A DNA stretch of 64,000 nucleotides. It comes from an uncultured delta proteobacterium (GTDB taxonomy: Bacteria > Desulfobacterota > BSN033 > UBA1163). Below the pieces are notes generated by a model. It was not told the origin of the DNA and searched no databases. It saw only the letters and a list, made by a program, of their open reading frames with translations. Each line of letters starts with the position of its first letter. Within the stretch, counting starts at the first letter, position 1. The stretch lies in the NCBI GenBank assembly GCA_963827685.1, contig CAWHBU010000004.1, positions 416,001 through 480,000 of the forward strand, given 5' to 3'. This document shows positions 29,699 to 40,400 of the stretch, piece by piece. The translations under genes were made by a program, and so were the position numbers.

Positions 29699-30310
29699 AT
29701 GAAATGGATTCGTTGCTTTTTGATCGTTTCTTTGACCTTTTTTGTATTGGATTGTGCCGAGGCAGGGACGTATTCTCTCAACCTTCGATATCAACCTGCA
29801 AAGGAATTGTCCTCTCTTCAAACGAAGATAGGATCCACCCTGGCTCTGGCCCCTTTTAAAGATGAAAGGCCGGAGACATTATATATCGGCCTTCATACCA
29901 ACCTTCAAGGAGATTCCAACTATTTCAAAAGCCACCCCTTTCCATTGGAAAAGGCGATCGGGGAGTCTTTATCCGGTGCCCTTTCCCGTTATGGAGTAAA
30001 AACAATTCCCATCTCCAATTGGGATGCAGAACCGGAATCTCTGAAGAATGTGGAGACCGATTCTGTGATGATGATCGAAATCAAAAGATTCTGGTCCGAA
30101 GGGAAGGCCTTTCTATTCAGAACAAATGTTAAAACCGTGGTTCAATTTGTCATCCATTTAGGGGTGAAAAAGGAAGGTAAGGTTTTCACACGAAATGTAG
30201 AAGTCGAGAAGGAAATGACGGTTGCCAGGTCCACACCGGAGAAGGTAGAGGCCATGATTAACCAAATGTTGACCGATATTTTCGATTCCTACTTTTCTAA
30301 TCCCTATTAA
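29699..30310 (+). CDS. Exported hypothetical protein (YajG-like lipoprotein)
   Basis: Signal peptide ending LDCA; APFKDERP motif; RBS AGGAGG. Confidence 0.65.
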   Translation: MKWIRCFLIVSLTFFVLDCAEAGTYSLNLRYQPAKELSSLQTKIGSTLALAPFKDERPETLYIGLHTNLQGDSNYFKSHPFPLEKAIGESLSGALSRYGVKTIPISNWDAEPESLKNVETDSVMMIEIKRFWSEGKAFLFRTNVKTVVQFVIHLGVKKEGKVFTRNVEVEKEMTVARSTPEKVEAMINQMLTDIFDSYFSNPY

Positions 30311-30374
30311 GAGGCCAAAGAACCTCCCCTCGCGTCAAGGGAGAGATAGTGAATGCCAAGAGGAGGTAAAAATC

Positions 30375-30620
30375 ATGAAGGTCTTTTTGTGGATAGCTTT
30401 TTTAATCCTCATCGTCGTAGCGATTTTCGCAGTTCAAAATTCAGACGCTCCCATCATTACAATAAAATTTCTCTTCTGGAGATTTGAAACCTCTCTGCTC
30501 TATATCATCTTCGGGTCAACCGGTTTGGGAATATTATTCACCCTTCTTTTTTGGATTCCAAGGGCCTTACGGGCGTCGTTTCGGTCGAAAAAGTCGAATC
30601 ATGGAATCCCTTCGACCTAG
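30375..30620 (+). CDS. LapA-family (DUF1049) membrane protein
   Basis: Paralog of 24380..24673 (AIFAVQNS, KFLFWRFETS). Confidence 0.8.
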   Translation: MKVFLWIAFLILIVVAIFAVQNSDAPIITIKFLFWRFETSLLYIIFGSTGLGILFTLLFWIPRALRASFRSKKSNHGIPST

Positions 30621-30658
30621 CCCTTGTCTTTTGAGGCTCGACATAAGGAGCATATGGT

Positions 30659-31780
30659 ATGAAAGGGGTAAAGCTTTTTCGAGTATTAGGGGTTCAGATT
30701 TCTGTAAATTATACCTGGTTCATCGTCTTTGGGCTGATTGCCTGGAGTCTGGCCAGCGGCTACTTCCCTTCCCGTTACCCTGACCTGAGTCCCTCGGCCC
30801 ACTGGATCATGGGGTTTCTTGGGGCTTTCTTTCTTTTCCTCTGCGTTTTGGTTCATGAATTGACCCATTCTTACATTGCCAATAGAGAAGGAATGGAGGT
30901 CAAGGAGATTACTCTTTTTATCTTTGGCGGTGTCTCTCAATTGACCAAAGAACCGGAAGACCCGAGGAAAGAATTGAAAGTAGCTCTTGGAGGGCCACTC
31001 TCCAGTCTTGCCCTTGCCTTGATCTTCTGGATCCTGTCCAAAGCAACTCTCCCATCGCCTCGTCTCATTCTCCTCACCGGTCTCCTGGAGTATCTGGCCT
31101 TTATTAATCTGTCCCTGGCCGTCTTTAATCTGATCCCCGGATTTCCGCTGGATGGAGGGAGGGTTCTTCGAGCTCTCTACTGGAGAAAGACCGGCAGCCT
31201 GAAGAAGGCTACACGAATCGCCTCAGAGACCGGGAAATGGATTGGAGTGGGAATCATTCTTCTGGGGCTCTTCTGGATATTGAAGGGGAACCTCATCGGC
31301 GGGTTCTGGTTTGTTATCATCGGAATCTTTTTGCGATCCACCGCAGAAGGGGGATTCCAACAGGTTGTGATGAAAGGAGCCCTCGAAGGGGTGAAGGTGA
31401 GGGAATTGATGAGCCAGGGTGTGGTCTCGGTTCCAGCCTCTCTTCGCGTTAACCAGCTGGTGGAGGACTTTTATCTCACCCACAGACATATTACTTATCC
31501 CGTGACAGAAGGTGAATCGATTATCGGCATCGTTACCTTAAAGCAGGTGAAAGAGGTTCCACGGGATAAATGGATGGAGAAAACGGTGAGAGAAGTGATG
31601 ATGCCCATACGGGAGGAGATCATGCTCGATCCAGACGGTGAGGCAGTGGAGGCACTCCAAAAGATGATTCGGACCGGAGAGGGACGCCTCCCTGTAGTCA
31701 GAGATGGAAAGGCGTTGGGGATGATCACCCGGAGGGACATCCTCAATCTTCTCGAAATCAAGACAGATCTGGGGGAGTGA
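30659..31780 (+). CDS. Site-2 protease (M50) with CBS pair
   Basis: HELTH, FNLIPGFPLDGGR, CBS domains. Confidence 0.93.
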   Translation: MKGVKLFRVLGVQISVNYTWFIVFGLIAWSLASGYFPSRYPDLSPSAHWIMGFLGAFFLFLCVLVHELTHSYIANREGMEVKEITLFIFGGVSQLTKEPEDPRKELKVALGGPLSSLALALIFWILSKATLPSPRLILLTGLLEYLAFINLSLAVFNLIPGFPLDGGRVLRALYWRKTGSLKKATRIASETGKWIGVGIILLGLFWILKGNLIGGFWFVIIGIFLRSTAEGGFQQVVMKGALEGVKVRELMSQGVVSVPASLRVNQLVEDFYLTHRHITYPVTEGESIIGIVTLKQVKEVPRDKWMEKTVREVMMPIREEIMLDPDGEAVEALQKMIRTGEGRLPVVRDGKALGMITRRDILNLLEIKTDLGE

Positions 31781-31790
31781 TCTCAAGATT

Positions 31791-32654
31791 TTGGGAGAGG
31801 ATGAAGTGAAGTCGACGAAATGGAGCAAGGGGTTCAAAAAGAAAGGCCATCTTCTCTGGGGTGCTTTAAAAAAGTTTGATGGCGATCACGGTTTTTTTCT
31901 CTCTTCTGGAATTACTTTCAACCTCCTCATCTGTTTGATTCCCCTCATGCTCTTACTTTTAGCCTTGCTGGGCACCTACCTTTATAGTTATCGAGAAGTG
32001 TTAGAGCATATACGACATTATCTGGAGAATGCCTTTCCCTTCCCCGACACAAGGATTATGAATAGCGTCCTGAGAATCGTTCGGGACCGCAAGATGGTTG
32101 GGGTGCTGGGCATAGGAGGGTTGATCTGGGCCTCCACATGGGTGTTCAGTTCACTGAGGACAGCTTTGAATATTGTTTTTCAGGTTGAGAAGGGTCGCGG
32201 CATCATTCGTGGAAAGGGAATTGATCTTCTCATGATCCTTTTGGCAGGAACCTTTTTCCTTATCAGTATGGTTTTCACCTCTGTGATCACCTTTATTCAG
32301 GGTTACCGTTTCAGTCCCTTTCTGGATATGGTCCCAATCATTCGCTTCATCTTGAAATACCTCATTCCCTTTTTCTTCACTTTTTGGATGTGTTTCTTGA
32401 TTTACAAGATCATTCCCGACAAGAAAATCCATTTCAAAACAGCTCTTCAAGCGGCCTTTTTTACCAGTCTTTTCTGGGAAACGGCAAAGCAGTTGTTTGG
32501 ATGGTATGTCCTTCACCTGGGAAGGTTTTCTATGATCTATGGCTCCTTGAGCACCCTGGCCATTTTCTTTCTCTGGATTTACTATTCCTCAATCATCCTC
32601 CTCTTGGGAGGGGAGGTCGCCTTTTTGTTGGAAAAAGAGAAAGGGTACAAATGA
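31791..32654 (+). CDS. YihY/BrkB-family membrane protein
   Basis: SSLRTALN, YKIIPD, IYGSL...WIYYSSIILLLGGE. Confidence 0.88.
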   Translation: MGEDEVKSTKWSKGFKKKGHLLWGALKKFDGDHGFFLSSGITFNLLICLIPLMLLLLALLGTYLYSYREVLEHIRHYLENAFPFPDTRIMNSVLRIVRDRKMVGVLGIGGLIWASTWVFSSLRTALNIVFQVEKGRGIIRGKGIDLLMILLAGTFFLISMVFTSVITFIQGYRFSPFLDMVPIIRFILKYLIPFFFTFWMCFLIYKIIPDKKIHFKTALQAAFFTSLFWETAKQLFGWYVLHLGRFSMIYGSLSTLAIFFLWIYYSSIILLLGGEVAFLLEKEKGYK

Positions 32655-34078
32655 AAGAAGAAAAGCAGCGAAAGACAAAGATTGTCTGTACGATTGGTCC
32701 AGCGAGCGAATCGCCTCAGATCCTGGAAGCCCTGATCCAGGGCGGGATGAATGTGGCACGGCTCAATTTTTCTCATGGAACTCACGAAGAGCATTTAAGG
32801 AAGATCAAAACGATTCGTCAAATCGCTGACCGATTGAGACGGCCTGTGGCTATCCTTCAAGATCTTGGCGGTCCCAAAATTCGGATCGGCATGATGAAAG
32901 AGGGGGGAGGTGAGTTAAAAAGGGGGAAGGAATTTTGTCTAACCAACCAGTTGCTCATCGGCGACGAGACCAAAGTAACCGTGACTTACCCCGCCCTTCC
33001 CAGAGAAGTAAAACCCGGGGACAGAATTCTACTTGCTGATGGAACGATCGAACTTCGGGTCTTAGAAAGTGATGGGAAGAATATTCGATGTCAAGTGATC
33101 GTGGGAGGAATTTTAACCTCCCACAAGGGGATGAACTTTCCAACGAGAACCCCTCTGGCTTCAGCCTTTACAGAGAAGGATCAGAAGGATCTTCTCTTCG
33201 GCATTCAACATGGAGTGGATTTGGTCAGCCTTTCCTATATCCAAAGGGCCGCTGACATTGAGGGGGTTAAAAAAATTTTAAAGAAAGAATCACCTGCTAT
33301 TCCGGTCATTGCCAAAATCGAAAGAAAGGAAGCTTTAGAAAATATCGACGAAATTATCCTGGCCTCGGATGGGATCATGGTGGCCCGGGGAGATTTAGGT
33401 TTGGAGACTCCGATTGAAAAGATTCCAAATGTTCAGAAGAAACTGATACGGAAGGCCAATGACTCAGGAAAACCGGTGATCACAGCCACGCAAATGCTTC
33501 GTTCGATGGTGGACCATACTCAACCCACCCGGGCAGAAGTCACGGATGTGGTCAATGCCATTTATGACGGGACGGATGCGGTGATGCTTTCAGAGGAGAC
33601 GGCCAGCGGCCAATTTCCTGTCCAAGCTTTCCAGATGATGGCGAAGATTGCTCAATCAGCGGAAGAAGAATTTCCTCACCCACTATTTTTGAGAAGGGAA
33701 ACAGGCGAAGGGATGAATCTCCAACAGGCAATCACCTACACGGCATCGTTACTGGCTGAGGAAGTGGGAGCGAAGGTGATTGTGACCCCGACGGAATCAG
33801 GAAGCACGGCGCGCTGGGTGTCGAAGCTTCGACCTCGTCAGCCCATTCTTGCCTTGAGCCAACACCTTTCAACAGTCAGAGAGCTCAATCTCTCCTGGGG
33901 GGTCTATCCAGTTCTTGACCCCGCCTGGAAGGATACGGATGAGATGTTAGAGAGGTCGAAGAGAATGCCGAAGGAGTTGGGGATGGCTTCAAAAGGAGAG
34001 AAGATCGTCATCATCGCCGGGGTCCCTATCAGCATTCCAGGAACCACCAATCTCATTAAAGTGGAGTTTGTGGAATAA
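32651..34078 (+). CDS. pyk: Pyruvate kinase
   Basis: RKTKIVCTIGPAS, RLNFSHG, AKIE, MVARGDLG, TATQML. Confidence 0.97.
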   Translation: MKEEKQRKTKIVCTIGPASESPQILEALIQGGMNVARLNFSHGTHEEHLRKIKTIRQIADRLRRPVAILQDLGGPKIRIGMMKEGGGELKRGKEFCLTNQLLIGDETKVTVTYPALPREVKPGDRILLADGTIELRVLESDGKNIRCQVIVGGILTSHKGMNFPTRTPLASAFTEKDQKDLLFGIQHGVDLVSLSYIQRAADIEGVKKILKKESPAIPVIAKIERKEALENIDEIILASDGIMVARGDLGLETPIEKIPNVQKKLIRKANDSGKPVITATQMLRSMVDHTQPTRAEVTDVVNAIYDGTDAVMLSEETASGQFPVQAFQMMAKIAQSAEEEFPHPLFLRRETGEGMNLQQAITYTASLLAEEVGAKVIVTPTESGSTARWVSKLRPRQPILALSQHLSTVRELNLSWGVYPVLDPAWKDTDEMLERSKRMPKELGMASKGEKIVIIAGVPISIPGTTNLIKVEFVE

Positions 34079-34261
34079 GTGACGCGCCTCAGATATGCCA
34101 ATCATTTTCCTCCCTTCGCAAAGATTGCGGAAATCGGGTTTTTGAATTTGATCCCACAATGGAATATGTTAAATTGAAATCGAGAAAATTAGAATTGATT
34201 GAAACAAATCCATTTCTATATCATATAGGCAACAAGACTCTTTTGTAGACGATCCAATTTT

Positions 34262-35017
34262 ATGACGGCTGCCAAGACCCATACCCCGAAATCCCGGATG
34301 ACGGATATTGTGTGGAAACCGCTGATCATGCTGGCTGTGGTGGCGGCCGCGTTTGGTTTGGCGTATTTGCTGCCTGCGCGGAAATATATCGGCGACATCG
34401 AGAGCGTCAAATACTGGCTGCTGTCGCTGGGGTGGGTGGCGCCGGCAGCATGGATGGGGATTGTTTTTGCACTGGTGGCCGCGGGGATGCCACGTCTGCT
34501 GTTCTGTCCCATCGGCGGCCTGGCGTTCGGATTCTGGCACGGCCTGCTGTGGACGCAAGTGGCGACACTGGGCGGCTATTATGCCCTGTTTCTGTTTGTG
34601 CGCTGGGGAGGTCAGGATTTCGTCCTTCGCCACTGGCCGCGGGTCGGGCGGCTCAAGGAGCATTTTCACGGACATTCCGCGGCGCTGCTGGTCTTTGCTG
34701 TGCGTCAGCTCCCCATCAGCGGGCTCATCATCAATTTTCTTTTAGGGCTTTCGCCCATCCGACACCGCCACTTTCTGCTGGGGACCGCCTTCGGGATTCT
34801 GCCCGAGGCCATCCCGTTCACGCTGGTTGCGAGTGGCGTCTTCAAGCTGACCGGCCGAAACACGCCGCTCTACATTGCCACCGCGGTCGGGCTTCTCCTG
34901 CTGGTATGCGCAGCCCTGTGGTATTTCTCTCGTCATTCAAAACTGCTGGCCCAACTGCGGGGAGAAACCGAGGCCGCGAGGGAGGAGACCGGATCCCCTC
35001 CACCCGACGCGTCCTAA
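34262..35017 (+). CDS. TVP38/TMEM64 (VTT/DedA-like) membrane protein
   Basis: GGLAFGFWHG, RQLP, FLLGTAFGILP; GC-richer than its flanks. Confidence 0.8.
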   Translation: MTAAKTHTPKSRMTDIVWKPLIMLAVVAAAFGLAYLLPARKYIGDIESVKYWLLSLGWVAPAAWMGIVFALVAAGMPRLLFCPIGGLAFGFWHGLLWTQVATLGGYYALFLFVRWGGQDFVLRHWPRVGRLKEHFHGHSAALLVFAVRQLPISGLIINFLLGLSPIRHRHFLLGTAFGILPEAIPFTLVASGVFKLTGRNTPLYIATAVGLLLLVCAALWYFSRHSKLLAQLRGETEAAREETGSPPPDAS

Positions 35018-35241
35018 ACAAGATCTAACACGAGCAGGGTGGTGGTTGGTTTAAAATTTAACCGCCATTGCAGGAGGGTGGCCTCACTTTCTCAGGCCAA
35101 TCGTCAAACGTCCTCAACGATTGATTCCGAGGACTTGTCGGTGGAAGGGATATCCCCTTTTCTTCAGAGCTGCTTCCTAGAAGTGAGAGTTATGGGTTTT
35201 CTTCAGAATAGAAGATTTCATCTCGAGATTGATCTCTTCTT

Positions 35242-36261
35242 CTATTGATTTCCCAGACTGTCAAACCAAGCCAGATTCTCTTTAATCAGGTCGGGGATGG
35301 GTAACTGGTAAGGGCAGCGCGGCAGACATTCCCCACATTCCGAGCAGTTTCGGGCTTTCTCTATTAAATCCTTCATCCACCCCACCTCCTGAGCATGAGG
35401 GCCAAAGCGCTTGATAACGGACTTTAGCCCGACAACAAACTGAATATTGATCTTTTCCGTGCAGGGCTGACAGTAGTCGCAGCGCCTACAGAATTGATGG
35501 TCGAACTCCTTCTTGACGGCTTCCATGCGCTCTTTATCTTCCTCAATAAGTGAATAGCCTTCAGCGAAAATCTTCCAATTCTCACGAACCTTTTTCAGAG
35601 TCTCCGACCCTGGGATGGGCACGATGTTCGCCGTTGAGAGGACGAACCTCAAGGCCGGGCCGGCCTCTTCAATCACCCCGCCCGAAAATGGCTTCATAGC
35701 CAATACACCGATGTCTTTTTCATTAGCCAAGGGAAACACTTTCTTGGCTGCGTCCGGTTCTAAAAAGCTATAGCAAGCCATGATGACTTCAAAATGACCA
35801 TCCTCGATCGCCCTCTCCAATACGTTGAGGTTGTGGCTGGTGATGCCGATATGATCGATTAATCCTTCATCTCTCGCGCGTTTTAACCCTTCGTGGGCTC
35901 CTCCAGGGGCCAGGAGCCTCTCATAATCTTCGAAGGTGGAGACGCTGTGCAGATGGTAGATATTGACTTTCTTTACCTTCATCTGCTTGAGGCTCTCCTG
36001 TACATCATTATAAATCTTCGCCGTTCTTATCAGAGATTTTGAAGAAAGGATGATAGACCTATCTATTCTTTGGAGTGCCAATCCAATCCGGTGCTCGCTG
36101 TTTGTATAAGCACGGGCTGTATCCAGGAGGTCGACTCCCGTTTCAATCACAGCCCGTATGACGGAAACCGCCTCGCGTTCACCGACCCGTTGGATAGGAA
36201 TTCCACCCCATCCCAGTTTTGTCACGATTAGATTGGTCCTGCCCAGCCTGATTTTTTCCAT
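35242..36261 (-). CDS. Aldo/keto reductase with C-terminal 4Fe-4S dicluster
   Basis: LGRT, DTARAY, MKPFSGG, CRRCDYCQPC, CSECGECLPRCP. Confidence 0.92.
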   Translation of the reverse strand: MEKIRLGRTNLIVTKLGWGGIPIQRVGEREAVSVIRAVIETGVDLLDTARAYTNSEHRIGLALQRIDRSIILSSKSLIRTAKIYNDVQESLKQMKVKKVNIYHLHSVSTFEDYERLLAPGGAHEGLKRARDEGLIDHIGITSHNLNVLERAIEDGHFEVIMACYSFLEPDAAKKVFPLANEKDIGVLAMKPFSGGVIEEAGPALRFVLSTANIVPIPGSETLKKVRENWKIFAEGYSLIEEDKERMEAVKKEFDHQFCRRCDYCQPCTEKINIQFVVGLKSVIKRFGPHAQEVGWMKDLIEKARNCSECGECLPRCPYQLPIPDLIKENLAWFDSLGNQ

Positions 36262-36486
36262 CTGCGTACTCCTTGAACTAAGGATAATACAAAAAAACTC
36301 GTATCACCATAAGAACCATTTCTTTTCCTATATTTCTTACCAAATTCTCATCCAATTGGAGATTAGAGTAGATTTACAGTGAAGACTTCCTATAAAGTGT
36401 GAAGTTAAAATTCCTCAAGATCTGTCGATTTTTGGTTGAAGGATTGGATAACGATTAATAACACTCTTAAGTTTGTTTAACTACGA

Positions 36487-36554
36487 CTCTAATGCGGAGA
36501 TGAGCTGAATCCGTGCTGTAAACCGGTGATTTCTGCTCGAATGACCTGGTTCTT
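36487..36554 (-). other. Degenerate attC-like site downstream of the FRG gene
   Basis: AAGAAC-CAGGTCATTCGAGC...GCTCATCTCCGC-ATTAGAG; attC-like L boxes, but the R' GTT reads ATT. Confidence 0.4.
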
Positions 36555-36610
36555 AAAGTGTATAGTTTAGCTTTGACCCCCAATCTCCCAAATCTCGACA
36601 TCAATTTATT

Positions 36611-37426
36611 CTATTCTGCCTTTTCAATTTCCCTAAAGGCAATGGTTTTTATTAAATCTTCTTCTGTTTGAAACAAACTGAATTGATTGAGATTATATTC
36701 GTCTAGATATGATAAAACTTTTATTCTTTCTTTGGTTGGAATTGTTATTTTTATCATGATGTCTTGGAATCCGTCTTCCTCGCCCTCGATGTATTCTTGA
36801 AATAATCCTGCATGGCTAATAAATTCCCAGTCCTTTTGATCAGGTAAATTCCTTGCAGCAACAGTATACCATGCTTGTTGTAAAAAATGACGTTTATGAG
36901 TATTGATATTCGGCCCAAATTTAGTAATTACACCGCTATCAGGGTGATACGTTTTTGCCATATTCGGATACTCTACATATACAAAAATGGCGTTTCTTTC
37001 AATTTCTTTGTATTTGGAAAACGCAAAAAAAGCTGCGATGTATGGTGACGCGGTCCAATCTAAAAGTGGTGATGGAAAACCATGTTGACGTAGGTGTATC
37101 CAATAACTATAAAATTGTGGTAGTAAACCAAGAGCATTTTCCGAATAATTGTTAGCTAATTTGCGCTCTAACTCTTCCCACTTTGGTAAATCCCACGCTC
37201 TAAGAGTATAAGATTCAATTTGCGGAGTAAATCGCATAATGAGTTTAATATATGATTTTACCGTCCATGATTTTTTGCTAAACCTTTCAAGTGTCGTTTT
37301 AAGATGTTTATTGTCTTTATCTGCATCACCTCCACGATATAAGATCTTATTCCCACGATATTGGTTCTGTATTTCCTGAATCCTCGGAATAAAGTCTTCC
37401 CATGAATTTAAATCATTTTTATTCAT
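36611..37426 (-). CDS. FRG-domain protein
   Basis: LYRG and RQHGFPSPLLDWTASPYIAAFFAF; AT-rich. Confidence 0.88.
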   Translation of the reverse strand: MNKNDLNSWEDFIPRIQEIQNQYRGNKILYRGGDADKDNKHLKTTLERFSKKSWTVKSYIKLIMRFTPQIESYTLRAWDLPKWEELERKLANNYSENALGLLPQFYSYWIHLRQHGFPSPLLDWTASPYIAAFFAFSKYKEIERNAIFVYVEYPNMAKTYHPDSGVITKFGPNINTHKRHFLQQAWYTVAARNLPDQKDWEFISHAGLFQEYIEGEEDGFQDIMIKITIPTKERIKVLSYLDEYNLNQFSLFQTEEDLIKTIAFREIEKAE

Positions 37427-37467
37427 TTAAGCCTCTTCAATGATTTATATTCTTTGTTTGGTTCTGC

Positions 37468-40400
37468 TCACAGCCTCACTTCGAGCAGGCTTGTTTCTAC
37501 TTCTGCAAATAGATTATCAAGAGATTGTTGTATGCTGATTGTCTCTGCAATGGCCGTCACTACAATGCAGTAGTGGGCTACTTCTTCAGATGAAAGTCCC
37601 TTGCCCTTGCGGTCTTTGAGCCATTTCTCTGAAACCTGATAGCCGCCTATGTGATATTCCCAGACGTTGGGAGGAATACCAGTAAACCATTTCTCAGGAT
37701 TGATGTGAACACGAGCTTTCTTTTGATCGTACGTTACCTTGTCCACACGAAGGTCGCCAGACCCTTCGCACTTGGCCATCGGTTTGGCAAGCTTCTTGGA
37801 CTTGAGAAGGTGGAGTTCAACAAGCTCCTCGCCTTTTTGGGCAAGTTTGTTAAAAAGCTTGTACTCTTTCGTAAACGGGACACGGGGAAAATCTGTCTTC
37901 AAAAACTCCGCATATTTCTTCCGATATGCGTTTGAATAGAGGAGGGCATAAATGTAGTGGAAAATTTGCTCCGGTGCGGGCTGCCTTTTGTAAGCATTGG
38001 CTAATGATATAAGTAATCCAGAACTGATATTCGAATGCCGCATCGAGTATGCTTCCGCCGGTTCAAATACAAACATAGGTTGATATCGAGATAATCCGCT
38101 TTTCCGACCAGACCCGCCAGAATCAAGTTTTTCATATAGATACAATGGAAAACAATAGTCAATCGTTTTCAAAGATACAGCAACGTGCTCCACCAGATGG
38201 TTCGATAGAAAAACATGTGACCACGGAATAGCGGTTTCAACACGACGTGGCAAGATAATGGCGAGATTGGGCTGCAACATATGTCGCATGATTTCTCCTC
38301 GCGGCATACAGTGAAACCCTTTTGAATTGCCAGTGTAGTAGGTAAAACGAATGTCAAAAGGCCGATAAAGGATAGGGACAATATTCCCTTTGGTTGGACC
38401 CCCTTTCTTCAAATCTTCTTGCGCTAACTTTACCTTCCAGTCCCGGACATCATTGCCAAGCTGATAAGCCTGACGGGCAATCTCCGGGTCAAGAGAGGAG
38501 AAGTTCAACACTGTTGTCCACGCTTGCTGAGGAGTCCAATGAATCGTTAGATGATCTCTGGCCGTCACAATTCCCACGCTGTTCACAGGGAAAATCGCCG
38601 GAATGCTCAGATACGATTGGAATCGCTTGCCTAATTTTTCATCTCTTGGAACGAACAGGTAGAAGGGTGTGACAGGTTTAAGCTGGTTCCAATCTGTTTT
38701 TTTCAATTCATGCTTTTTCAGCCATTCATATTTCTGTTCCCATACACCCCAAATCTCACTATGCATCAGGATTTTTGAGGGAGTGCACTGCTTCCTTTTC
38801 ACAAAAAGGCCAATGGCGACGCCCTGCTGTATATCAAAAACGTTTTCGTCTTTCGAACCGTTAGGAGCTTTCTCCTTTTTGAGGGAGTTACCATGAAGGT
38901 CAAGGATGTATATTTCATCAAAAGAGTTCATGAGCGATTGCCGCATTCCTCGAAACGTAGGGTTATCAAGATAGCTGTGATTCGTGATAAAGCCGAGGGC
39001 GCCTTCGCCGATCTGGTCAATCTTCCATTGAGCGAATCGGATGAACTTGACGTAGTCATCCTGAAGCCACTTGGGATTTTTTTCGCCGAGGGGTTTGCCA
39101 TCAACCTTCTTATAGGTCTCAATTTGATCTTTAATCCAATCGCCCTTGTTTGCTGAATGTCCGGAGTACGGCGGATTGCCGAGAATGACAAGAATCGGCC
39201 TCTCTTTCTTTACTTTGTTAGCGAGATGGGATTCTTCCGAAAGGGATGCCATTCCTGGAAGCGATGTCTGGGCAAGCTCCCCCATTTCAAGCGTATTCGT
39301 TAGATAGAACTGAAATCGTTCATCGCCTGAGAGCTTGTGGCCCAACTCTTCTAAGAGGTAGCCCATCTTCAAGTGGCCTGCTGCGTATGGAGCCATCATT
39401 AACTCGAAGGCGAAGAAGTGCTTGAGAATGTGATCCTCAATAAATTTTGCCTTTGAGCCCTCGCCGTACTTACTGACAAATTCTTCCACGGCGAGCCTTG
39501 CCGCTTCAGCGAGGAACGTGAGCGTTCCGCCAGCAGGGTCGAGCACCGTCACGGATTGCGTGGCAAACCCGTCCTGCCGTTCAAATTTCTCCTTCAGAAT
39601 GATGTTGAGAGAACGGACAATGTAAGAAACAACAGGCTCAGGGGTGTAATAAACACCCCGTCGCTCGCGCTCTTGAGGGTTGTATTCAGCAAGGAACGTC
39701 TCGTAGAAATGGAAAATCGGATCGCTTCCTTTGCCCTCTTTGAAATACTGGTGAAGGATGTTCTTGACATCCGCGACGGCGAGGACTTCCGCAATGTCAT
39801 CGACGGTCGCCTGGAGTTGCTCAGGAGGGTCAAATGAAACGAAGTGGAAGATATCGCGCAGGATACCGATAGTCTTAGGAATCAAGTCATAAGCCAGGAT
39901 TCGATTGAATGCTCCATTGGCTCGGGTTCTCGCGGCAAAAAGGCCATAGGTTATGGTCTGGGCATACAGGTCGGCAAACTCGTCCTGCTTAAGGTTGAAA
40001 ATCAGATGTTTCTGGAAAGCCTCATAGAAGCCAAGGATCTTCTTTGCGCCTGCATTGGATGTTTCTCGAAGTTCCTCTTTGATGACTTGATCTCTAAGAA
40101 AGCGGGTGCGGGTAGCGAGTTCTTTTGCAAGACTCTCAGCGGTGAACTTGGTAGGTAGCGAGAATTGAAAGAACTTCTCCAGTAAGGCCAAGAATTCATC
40201 AGTATGCTCAGCAGGAGGAATGGTTTTCAGCTTTGTCGGAATATACGGGCGTGCAAGGAGAACGTGGGCAACACGCTGCCCATTTCGGTAAAGCCTGAAC
40301 TCATAGAAGTTTGTCAGAATAAGATTAGGAAAAGTGGAAAGGTAGCGCTTCAATTGGTCGGAAGTCTCGACTTCGTCGAGATTAGCTTTGGGCGGCTTCG

